Source: Blasia pusilla (taxonomy: Eukaryota). From it: a stretch of DNA of 64,000 nucleotides. Positions 25,858 through 37,599 of the stretch are shown one piece after another. Location: the NCBI GenBank assembly GCA_050084515.1, contig CM114271.1:43090001-43154000 (forward strand), read 5' to 3'. Under the pieces are notes generated by a model. It was not told the origin of the DNA. It was given only the letters and a program-made list of their open reading frames with translations, and ran no database searches. The translations under genes and the position numbers were made by a program. Every line of letters starts with the position of its first letter. Within the stretch, counting starts at the first letter, position 1.

Positions 25858-26944
25858 CCTTCCCATGGAATTTTTCCTTGCCTCCAAACCGTGAGATTAT
25901 TTCGGACCCAAGCACCATCCTACTCAACTTCGGTTTAGTGAGAAGGACATGATCACCCATTTGTAATTACGACACACCACACCAACAATGAGGACAATGT
26001 GTTAGAAGTCATGGTAGTTTCAACTATAAAGAAGCTGGACTCAAAACCTACATGGGTAAGAACTATAAGTTACCTTCTTGAAGGACCAACCCCACGACCG
26101 CATACGATGTGAGAATGTCACTAGTCCTACACGATCAATGAACTGTCTAAGAGAATTGATATCAGTCACGTTCCATAAATCAGACTTGCAATAGTCTAAC
26201 TAGCATAGCAGTAATTTACCTTTGTTTTTCGTTTAGATGAACCTGACCTTGTTTCACTTTCTCGTTCACAAGGCATCAGAATGAGGCTTGGGCTTCCTCT
26301 TCTTCTTGAGAGAAGCTAGGCTTATGCTTGTTGTGCACGCTCCGACATTCTATGCATAACCAAAATTGTACATTCAAACAATATAAAATTAAACACGACA
26401 AAACTAGCTTGTCTACTTAATCAATAAACAGAATTCAGAGCTGTTGGTGATGGGAAGCTATGTCCTTATATGTAGTCCACGTGGTTGTATGCTCCCCACT
26501 GTTTCACAAAGACCTTTTCATCAAACTTGCCATTGGCTCTAGGTAAGGATCATCAAAGAGTTGAACAACAAATTAGCACTAAAGGACATGAAAATATTTA
26601 GTAGTATCTTACACACTCATGATAAATTTTTGTACCCAAAAATCAAGTGAATTGACAATTTAGATCATGGTATTTTTTTCTTACGTGTAAATTGAGTGGT
26701 AGCATCCTCATCACTATCGGTGGAAATCCCCTCTTTCAAAGTCACATTCACCTCTCCATTGGTGTGATTTGATCAAGAAATTGTGTCTAGAATGAATCCA
26801 AATATATGAAAGACAATCCACTCTCAAGATAATTAGCTACATGTACGATATTTCAACACTAATACAATTGATTCACTGTTGAAGGACGCCTTAACAACCA
26901 AAAAAAAAAAAAAATTCTTCGTATTCAGAGAAATTGGCAAACCT

Positions 26945-27790
26945 AGTACCTGACATAAACGTCAAAAATCAGATGAGCTTATACCCATCAAACCTAACTG
27001 TGGAATGTGTGGGAACTTATTTCAAAACTTGATGTTGATTTAGATGATCCACGTAGTAGCATGTACTTCTCAAAAGTCCAGCAAGATTAAGTAGTGTGAA
27101 GATCTTGCCTAAAATCTAATGTAGATTCACAACTCAAAAAGCTAATACTTTCCAAATTTCATTTCAAAAAGTGTATAAACTTGTTCCAAACCTGACGTAA
27201 ATCAAGGGCTTCTCAAAATAGGGATTGAGAAGTGACAGAACCAATAGTAAAACTTATTGTAAATTCATACACCAAAAGGAGGAAATTATCACATGTAACT
27301 TTGAAAAGTCAATGTATCTATACTAAAAGCTAACGTAAACTAATATATATCACCAAGTATATACTTTCCAAACTCAATTTCATTGAGTCCTTTAAAAACC
27401 TTTTCTAATCCTGACGTAAATTCAGAAATCAGAAAATATGGGCTTCTCAAAATGTCAATTGCCAAGTGATGAAACCCATACTAAAACCTGACTTAAACTC
27501 ATAAACCAAAAAGGAGAAAATTAACAAACTTAACTCTAAAAAGTCAATAAGCCTATACTAAAACCTAACGTAAATTCATGTACATCATCAAGCATTTAGG
27601 TCTCTGACTTAGTTGTGTTGTGTGTAAAAACGGAAATGCCCTAAAACCTGAGATAAATTCTAACCTAATCACAAAGTGAAAAATTCTCTAACCTCGTTGT
27701 ATGGTGTGTAAAAATCTAAATGTACTAAAGCCTGACGTAAGTGCAGAAATCAATATATAATCACTTCTTAAAACTCCAACTTTGAGAAGA
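26945..27790. repeat. Degenerate internal tandem repeats of CACTA1 (likely intronic)
   Basis: A CCTGACGTAAA-like motif recurs near 26949, 27191, 27330, 27410, 27486, 27563, 27646 and 27731. Blocks ~27150-27370 and ~27360-27600 resemble each other. Confidence 0.7.
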
Positions 27791-30679
27791 ACTTAAAATC
27801 ATAGAACTACGTAATGTGAAAAGGAATGTTATGAATCTTACCCATGTTTGGTTCCTGAATGGTTGGATGAACATAGATGGATGGTGAAGATCTTGTGTAT
27901 CGGATTGGAAGAGCTTTGGTAGTGGCAGTTGGCACATCCCTCGGTGCTAGCTTTGAAACCATCTCCATTAGTATCTCCAATGTTTTGTTTTTCCGTTCCA
28001 TCTGGGACTTGACATCATCCAAATCTGCACTTCATTTCTTCTCCACTTCTTCCAATTGAATTGTAAACCTAGATTCCACACTCTAATCATAATAGCACAA
28101 TTGAGTGTAAGGAGAAGTTGAACTTAGTGTTTGGAGATTGAGATAAACCCAAACAAACATTAGTATCAAAGCAACCAAAAGCTTGACTAGAGTTAATGTT
28201 TAAGCACTGGTGAACTCATATGGGTGAAGCTAGATCACTTAGGGAATGGTTATGGTTCTTCATCTTGAGTCCTTGTGGAATTAGATCCCTTCGATCGTCC
28301 ATGCACACCCTGTGAAACAAGCTCTCTATCATTGGTTGCATTATTACAATCAAAGTCCAACTTGCAGAATTCCTACTCACCATGTATCCAAGGAGCCTAT
28401 AGGGAAAGGGAAAACTAACATTTCCAATAGTTTTGAATCCGTGGTAGACACAAACTTCTTCCGATGGATTGTCTTTGGACACAACATGTGAAGGAAAATA
28501 ATATTAAGGAGTACAATTAGCCAAGGTTGAGCGTTGGATGACTTACATCAAGTCCATCTAGACCTGCGCGGCCGGAGTAATTGAAATCCTAAACCTTGCT
28601 CAAACCATCTTTTCAACTTTCAACTTGCCCTCCTCAAAGAGCCAATAATCTACCAATCGTCCCCATGACTCCTCATCCATATCATGGTGATAGGAGACTT
28701 CACGATGAGCCCCATGATTCAACCAATAGTTCTTGACATTAACACGCTCTATTTTTCAGAGCTTTTTCCTCATGTACTCCAGAGAAAAAGACGGTGCACC
28801 AACATAGGTGTATGCCTCAGGGATGTGATTTTGCACGGTTGTCATGCTAATCCCATTTTTTTTACTAAGTTTGACGCATGACAAGTCTAAGTACCTCGAT
28901 GCCCATACCTTCAACTCATTTAACCAAGGTTCATAACCTAAAACCTTGGTTGAGGGATGGCCATTGGGCATTAATTCACATCGAGGCTCTAAATTATGCT
29001 CCTTTCGTGCAGATACGTCCCGTGTCCATAAATCACGCTTTGTTTGACTCCTTCTTTCTCCTATTCAAAGATGCTCCTACAATACACCATCACATACACA
29101 TCCATAATACATCTTTGGAAGCATTCCAAAAGCACAATGAAACACTCAAATTTCTACTCCAATCACCAAAAGTTAGTGAAGGGATCCCTCATATATTACC
29201 TGCAGTTGCACAAACTAGACGAGTCACATCTTCAGTAGAACTTAGGGTTGCACATAATTGTGCCCGGCTACAATACACGACTGCCTCCTCCACTCCCATC
29301 GAGTGGAGGGCAGGAGGTGGTGCATGTGGGAATGTTGCCCCTCCCTACGTACAAAGAAGCCCATCACCATATCTGATTAGTTATATACTCATTACACACT
29401 ACTAAACATAATTCAGATGCCTTCAAATAATAGCTTACCCATGATAGTTTTTGATTCAATTGCCCAATAGGGGGCCAAGGAGGAGGAAATTAGGTACTAT
29501 ACCCCATTGGGGATTGCATTATCATAGAAACCCACCATGGCATCTGATTTGGTGACCATGGTTGAGAGGGGTATGGTTGTTGGGGAATAGTAGGGATGGA
29601 TGGAGGCATCCCTACCGGCTGCAATAGCATGTGCAAGTTAGCATTGTGACATAATTACACAATGTACATGTCAGAATGATTTAACATCTTGCGTAAAAAA
29701 ATAGCCAACACTTGAGTGAACACTATCCATGTAGGAACCTTCCAAGTCCTAAATAAACAAAGCAAACACAAAAAATTACCCTATCTTGTGTATTTGCTAA
29801 AGCACACATTGTTGGATGAAATGGAGCCTATACTTTGGCCGCTGGTTCCATTGTGATAGGTTGCACACATTCAGAAACTCATTAATCCATATCAATCTGC
29901 AATAATTCACCCAAATGAAAAACATGGAGAAAAAATTGACTCTACAAATGAGATCAATTACCCTCCCTTCCTCCATCCATGCGTAATCATTTGCATCTAA
30001 CATGCAAGGAGACATCCGAACAATTGGATTGGAATTTGGGTCTTTAGACTATGTGTATCGAATGCGTTTAGATTCAGTGGTCACAATGCCACAATGTCCC
30101 TTGCCCAGGGTTTTAATGTACAAGTTTACTATCCACAGTATTATCCAAGGTTTGTATATCAATTTAGACACATAACCGTGGGTTCATATACATAAAGGTA
30201 AATGAAGGAAACATAAACTCCATGGTCAAATGAGGTAGGCCAGATAGAATCTCTTACAAATCTTTCAACCCACCAAAGAAGAGAGCTTCTCTGGCCCTTC
30301 TCTCCCTCACGTTGCGATTCCCTTGTTCTTTGTATGGATTTGGGGCACTCTCCAGCTTGATATCCTCGTCAAACTCTTATACCATATGGGGGCCTTTTCT
30401 ACACTAGCCCCACTTGGAGTGTCTTTTATTCATGGAAGTTGCACTCTAAGTTTCCTGCATCACTCAACTGAAGACCGAAGTTGCGATTCTTGACAAAGTC
30501 AAGCTAAGATCTAAATGCAAACTTGTGGCACATCACTGCATGTCCTCACAGTGTTAAAAATAACATGAAAATATTAGTAGCATGAAATATGTCCCGAAAA
30601 AAAGCAATACCCAAACAAACAAGGATTTCAAGGGAACCATCGAGTTCCATCAACATTCCAAAATGTACAAGACGGTATC

Positions 30680-33600
30680 AATCTGAATCCGGTTCAGTTT
30701 CTGACCCATTCTTTGAATTGTTCTCATCATCATTCACTTGGATGATTGGAACATCCTCACAATCCACTAGAGATGCCACTACTTCAACATCTGTCAACTC
30801 CCTAGCTGAATCAGTCCTATTTCTAGGCAAGACTCTTGGTTCCGTGAGAGGAAACCAATTTCCAAGAGGATCTTTCTCTTCAGATTGAACTCTACAAGTT
30901 CGAGCCTCTTTTCTCTATCACTACTTTCCATCCATCACCCTCATGATAGTCCCCATAAAATATCTGCTCTACTTGGGATGGGAAAACAAACGGTTCTTGG
31001 TCTATTGGCTTGCATGATCGCAGGTTTGCAAGTAGTAACCCTTCCTTGTATATTTTCATAGATGCATTCCGACCTTCCCAATTTTCCCTTACCCACCTCC
31101 CTCTCATTAAGGTTATTGGCTGATCTACCATTCCATAGTCTAGGGCTATAATATCTACCTAGACACCGACATAGGAATACATACATTTCTTATTTAGATT
31201 ATCCTCATCTAGAAACATAGCACCTAATCCATAGTCACAAGTGGAGAAAGTACTTTCTCCATGTGCTCCCTCTACCCTGTAATGATTCCTGTAAGCCTTC
31301 ATACTCTTGTATGATCAGACTTTGGCACTAGGAGGAATAGATAGGGCAAGCAATTGAGGGTCCACCACATCAGATCTCTCTGCAACATCTTGGGTAATTG
31401 CATGTCAAATCCAATGTTCAAATGGTATAATCACATTAGATGCTTCATATTTCCTGTACAACAGAAAATAGAGAAACTTTCTATTGCATTCAATGCTTCC
31501 AAGAATCATATACAACAGCAAAGTAAATTGAGCAAGATCATGGTGCATGAACGTGATGATTTTTCCTTTACCTATGCCATCTCCCCGTGGCCTCTATATT
31601 GTGCAAGACATAGTGGTGTGTCAAATTGTTAAGTTCTCGAGAAAGGGTGATTGAAACACCTACCCCTTCAAGCTCTTCCCCAATGACTCCATCCTCCTCA
31701 CCATCATCCCATATGCGAGTTCTAATATCTTCGAACCTCTTCATGTATTCACTCACAAATCCAATAGCCTCATCCTTCAAGTAACCCTCAACCATACATC
31801 CCTCAGGTTTGGCTTTTGACCACACATGATTTTTCATATATCCTATATATCGTTCCATAGGATACATCCATCTATATAGCTAGTAGCGAGTGGACCACAT
31901 ATGTCTAATTCTTAAACTATATGAACCAAAAAATGCGTCATCACATCAAAAAATGTAGGAGGGAAATGCTTCTTTAATAGACAAAGAGCCACAATAGTTT
32001 CTTCTTGTAGTTTGTTAAACACTGATGGGTCATATACTTTAACATAAATTGCCCTTAAAATCTTTGATAATCAAATGAAAGTCATTGTGATAGACTCCTT
32101 TAATAGCCCTCGAACACAATAAGGAAGGACTTGTTGGATGAACACATGGTAGTCATGTGATTTCATATTGCCCAATGTCCGTTTTACCACATGCTTCCGC
32201 TATTCTCCACAATAATCGGTAGGCACTTTTAGGGTATCAACTCTTTGCAAAAATGTGGTTAAACCACTTGAAGACACACAATAATCGGCTACAAGCTTGA
32301 CAAGTCCATGGGCTCTAGTAGGATGGGGGTGTAGCAACAAGTGAGGTCGGATGCCACAAGCCTCTAGATCTCTCCTCACTTTCACAGTGTCCTTCAACCC
32401 CAATAACGTCTTCAACATATTCTCTACAATGTTTTTCTCCATATGCATAACATCTAGCATATGTCGGATAAGAAGATGATGTACACTCATCAAGGAAACC
32501 AGGTTTGAAGGTAGTCTCCCAAAAAAGATAACTTCATAGAAGTTTAAAAATGGATATCCGCCAATAAGGCAAACTAAAAAATGAGCTTAACCGTTTCACA
32601 CTTGTTCGCTTATACCGATCATTGGGACCATCCACTTGCCCCCCTCCCTCATCATATAATTTATTCTCATCAGCCCATTCAAGGATTTCATTAGCAGTAA
32701 TTCTTGGCACTAGAAGTCTAGGCTCTATTGCACCATTGAAGTAAACTCCATATCTCCGAAGTCTCCATGGATGGTTCATTGGGAGATATCGACAATGACC
32801 ACCAAAAATTGGTTTTCCACATTTCTTTGAGAAGTTTGAATCAGCATGGGGACCACATATGGTACATGCTAGCCTCCCACCATGGCTTTATCCGGGCATT
32901 GTCCCATATGCTGGATAATCGTTAATTTTCCGTAAGACAAAAACCCGGAATATGAACTTAGATGCCTCACCCAATCTACGAATGTCATGAAATTGTACTC
33001 CTCTCCACAATTTTTGAAGTTCATCCACTAGCAAGCGCAAGTAAGTGTTAAGATTATGCCTATTAAGATTCTCCTTTCCTGGTATAATCAAGCTTAACAT
33101 GACAAAGAATTTCTTTGTTTGAAGCTAAATTGTAATTTACTAAGAGCACAAGCCATGTTGACCACGTGCTAGATTTATCAAAAAAGGGCTTTACACCATC
33201 AAGGGTCAATCCAAATTTAAAATTCCTCGTCTCCTTTGTAAAATCAGGATACAAGTTTTCCATATGGGCCCATGCCTTGCTATCAGCAATATGTCTCACT
33301 AACCCATCTTGACTCTTATTTTCTGGTGCCCAAGTTAACAACTGGGACAAAGTTCTCCTACGAAACATCCTTTGCATTCTATGGATAATAGGAAAATGTC
33401 GCAATACCTTACAAGGTACAGAAGAGCGATCCACTTGCTTGAACCTTGCTTTTCCACACTCTTGGCACATTTGTGCATCAAGGAGATCCCCATCGAATAA
33501 TAGATATCCATCTGGGCAAGCATGGATAGACCTATAAATCATGCCTAGCCTTCCAATGAGTTTTTTGGCAACATAGTAGCTTGTAGGGACATGATTCCCA

Positions 33601-34290
33601 ATCAAGTAATACCAATCTATCAATAAGTTTCAGAACTTCATCGATAGCAATGTTTGAAACACTATGAGTGGTTTGGATATTGAACATGAGCATAACAAAG
33701 GCAAGAACCGATGTCTTCGCAAAAGGAATAATGGCTTGCATGCATCAACAAGCTCATCAAATTCTTCCTCATGGTTATCCATAGGCAGATCAACCTTGGT
33801 TGGTTCTGGTTCTACCCCATTGAAGATCCCTACACGGGTGTCTTCCCCATCACCCTCATGTAGATTGTCGTACTGTCAAAATATACCACTAAGAATTTCA
33901 TGGATATCAATATTAGCATATGTTTTGGTGTTACCACAACCATCTGGGAACATGTTGGCAGATCTTATGACCTTTTCACCATGCTCCTTCCTCTCGTCTT
34001 GGTCATGACCTAAGCAATCCTCATCACTCGAATCCCACCCTTCTTTGTTCTTTGGAACTCAACACAAGTGCGAGCGTCCATGCTTTCTCAAATGCTCCTC
34101 GGCTTTAAGAATAGATATAGTTTCTCCACCCTTACACTCACTACAAGGATATCTTACTCTTTTCCTTTGGAGTCTACGAGCTTGTGCACATTCCCTTTGC
34201 CATAACTTTAAATCATGTCCAATGATTCTTTGCGGATTACTCAAGTCCAATCTAACACAAGAGGTAGTGGGGGTCCTCATCACATGAATT
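30680..34290 (-). pseudogene. CACTA1 TnpD-like transposase pseudogene (transposase-associated, Transposase_21, DUF4218 and DUF4216-type segments)
   Basis: Motifs YPCSEC, IHACPDG, KVLRHFPII, HIADSKAW, LTLDGVKPF, INDYPAYG, LDVMHMEKNI, MKSHDYHV, MYPMERY and EPFVFPSQVEQIFY. Numerous frameshifts and stops. Confidence 0.93.
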
Positions 34291-34480
34291 GGATCAAAGA
34301 ACAACAACATATGACTCAAAACCAGCAAAGATCAGCATGCCATCAACAATTTGATGAAATTTGCCCAACGTTGGCTCTCGTGGTAACCATCAAGACGAAG
34401 TAGATTCAAACATCTGTCAAGTAATATACATAACTCACCCTGAGCTAAATTTGAGGAGAATATCCTAAACCCAAGTATCC

Positions 34481-35190
34481 AAGACCCTCCCCAAAGTGAA
34501 AGTCGCAAATACCATAGACCTGAAGGAAAGCACAATTCTTTGTAAATTTCTTCTTAAGTTCATATACTGCATTGCATTCTCTCACAAGAAGGTCATTGGT
34601 AGATAACCTGTGAGAAAACAAAAAGTGACAAAATCACTGAAATCTTAACAAAACTTAAAGATGCAAAGTGGCCTAGTCCGTCCGTGCGCTCACAGAAGAG
34701 CTTCAATGGAACTTGAACATGGAGATAACTCCACATATGAGAATACGCTACCACTGCGGCTCCCAACTATATCACCACTCGGGAAACTAGGTTTTTACCT
34801 ATTTTTCTTCATTTCTATTAATAGAAAATTCTTGTAAAGACCCTCCTCAAAGTGAAAGTCATAAATACCATGGACTTGGAGGAAAGCACAACTCTTTGTA
34901 AATTTCTTCTTAAGTTCATATACTGCATTGTATTCTCTCACAAGTAGGTCATTGATAGATAACTTGTGAGAAAACCAAAAGTGACGAAATCACTGAAATC
35001 TTTACAAAACTTAGAGATGCAACGTGGCCTAGTCCGTTCGTGCGCTCACAGAAGAGCTTCGATGGAACTTGAACATGGAGATAACTCGACATATGAGTAT
35101 ACGCTACCGTTGCGGCTCCCGACTATTTCATTACTCAAGAAACTAGGGTTTTTACCTATTTTTCTTCGTTTCTATTAATAGAAATTTTTT
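34481..35190. repeat. Tandem duplication, ~356-bp unit (128 bp flank plus part of short LTR)
   Basis: AAGACCCTCC..AAAGTGAAAGTC starts at 34481 and 34837. Each unit runs into TGTGAGAAAAC. Confidence 0.9.
34609..34830 (+). mobile_element. Short solo-LTR-like element, copy C (first half)
   Basis: TGTGAGAAAAC...TTTCTATTAATAGAAA, then jumps back into the duplicated flank. Confidence 0.88.
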
Positions 35191-35357
35191 CTATAACTAG
35201 GATTATCTAACCCTCTACTGCATCAGGGTGCCTTGCACCCTAATGCAATATAAGATTAGATAATCCTAGTAACGCTACTCCGTAAACCACCTACGTCATA
35301 TTACTATGACTCCTCCGCGTGCTCGAAACCATCAATCTAGGCTTGTCCTCATACAAG
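34965..35357 (+). mobile_element. Short solo-LTR-like element, copy D (lacks last ~55 bp)
   Basis: TGTGAGAAAACC...CCTCATACAAG. Contains a hairpin with 36-bp arms at 35196-35270. Confidence 0.88.
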
Positions 35358-35500
35358 AAACTAGGTTAATTTTAAGTGGATGTTTTCAACATAACCAAGT
35401 TAATAGAAATGTTTGATAAAATTCAAATCATAAATAAAATTATCAGGAAATGTAATTATATAATGGGAGTTTTTTTACCTTTAATGAGATTGGAAAATGG

Positions 35501-35653
<153 letters not shown>

Positions 35654-36894
35654 AGTAAGATTTTGACCAAATTCCCACGAAATAAATCCATGAAGTTGAA
35701 GTGAGATTGCTAAACTGAGAGGAGCATCTGATGAAAACATGGCTTCTAGATTTTCGAATCTGCTCACTATATGCTCGATTCCTTCAAAGCTCTAAAGGCC
35801 ACTTGCAATTGTCAAATCCAACAGTTCTCTTAGCCGTAAGAGGATTTTTCCTAACACATTATGAAGCACTGAGCCGCAAGTGCCCATACACGGGACAAGA
35901 AAGAAACTTGATAGTTGTACGAACTAAAAAATGAATTGCTTAATTTCCGACGTCAAGATTACGACATCAAACACAAAACAAGTGGAAGACAAAAAAACAT
36001 CAACAATATGTGATGCCTTTTGGAGATTTTCCGCATAGAAACCAAAAAGCCCCAAAGTGTGGGTCATTCATACGGGATGGCTACAAGTTCCAACTGCACT
36101 GAGAGAGAAAGAAACTCACTACGGCCACCAAGGTCAAACAATCTTCAGTTTATACATCGAGGTTGTAAGGTCGAAGCCTCTATAATTTACCTTTATGCTT
36201 CTAGAAGACTTGCTTCCCATCTTATCAAAGTACACAATATATTGATCAAAATTTCCTTGACGTCGGAAAAATGCCTTCAAGGGTGTGGGCAATAAGCACT
36301 TTGGATTCCAAGTAGGGATTAGAGGAACTCCAATAATTTTATGACGTAAAAACACGTCATATCCACAATCAATCAGGAACCACTTGTTATGAGAAATACA
36401 CATCTTGTAATGTATGATGGGCATACCATTGGGAGATCTAGTAAATCAGAATCAATGTTGCTATTTACAAATAAGGTGATAACTTTTCTCTCTATACGAC
36501 GTGTGCAATGTTGAATTCTCTTAGAAATACACCATCAAAAAATGAGGAGAAGGCAACTGTTAAAGAACGGACATCGGAACATGATCACCTACAAAGGTCT
36601 CAAAGGAGTTTATATTACACTTGGCGAGCGGAATCCATAGGTCATCCCAAGCGTTATCTTTGCCTAATCAAGGATATCCATCCAAAATGTTTCAAAATAA
36701 GGTTTCCAAGACCGTAGCAACAAACAAAAGATTTGGTTTTGGATCAACCGTCCTTAGTTACTTGTACAGGTAAATGCTGCAAAATAACACTATATTATAC
36801 GAGAGGATATTGTAAAAAACAAGTAACAGTCAACATCTTCGTGGGGCTATAAAGCTTTAAAAAACACCCATTCATAAGAGTAAAATAAAGCCAA

Positions 36895-37513
36895 CCCAAA
36901 CTCATCAATATGACTCATAAATATGTAGTCATTTAAATATATCAAACTCATTAATATGACTCATGTATAGGAAATTATTTTTAAAAATGAAACTCATCAA
37001 TATCACTCGGTCATATTTTATGACTTATCCACTTTTAGTCATTTAGACAAACCAAAGTGATCAGCATGACTCAATCATCTCAAGTCATTTAGATAATTGA
37101 AAGTGATGAATATGACTAAATTCTATGCTATGACTTAATCATACACACTCATTTATTAGCCAAATCCCAGTGATAAATATGACTCACTCATATAGACAAA
37201 TTTGATGATCAATATGACTCAGTCATAAAATTTTTGAACCATGTGCATATCAGCATATACCTCGTTCACTTCACGTAACTAACTCATATCATAGTATATG
37301 AATAGAGATTTTTATTACATGGCAAGTCTTGTTGACGTATCAATCATTTAACACGATGACTACATGAGTCATCCCAAAATAACTCTTGTCATGGCATGGT
37401 AGATGACTAGGCTTTTGTGACTCCATAAATCACTAATCATTTATGTATATATATGACTAAGATAAGTCATTATTGATGTGAGCTCGTCGTAAAAATCATA
37501 AATTTTTTTAGTG
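36895..37513. repeat. CACTA1 right subterminal repeats and TIR
   Basis: Dense ATGACT/AGTCAT motifs. The reverse complement shares TGGAGTCA[C/T]AAAAGCCTAGTCATCTACCAT[G/A]CCATGAC with the CACTA2 left end. Confidence 0.88.
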
Positions 37514-37599
37514 CCCTATATTATGATATGACCATCATTTTTTTTACTAACTTATAATCTTATGGTTTAGACATTGAAAACTTTCCATCCTCTACTTTC

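Larger units (their letters stand above)
19961..29640 (-). pseudogene. CACTA1 second gene (TnpA/Tnp1-En/Spm-like), multi-exon, interrupted by gypsy
   Basis: Exon at ~28560-29080 (GYEPWLNELKVWASRYLDLSCV...) matches CACTA2 57291-57806. The last exon LQMGDHVLLTKPKLSRMVLG...KFHG(K) (~25863-25966) continues in frame across the gypsy as KDIPMEMVRITL...ALGSIMIWPEMHLRKAMH* (20132-19961) and matches CACTA2 55042-55330. Upstream boundary approximate. Confidence 0.8.
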
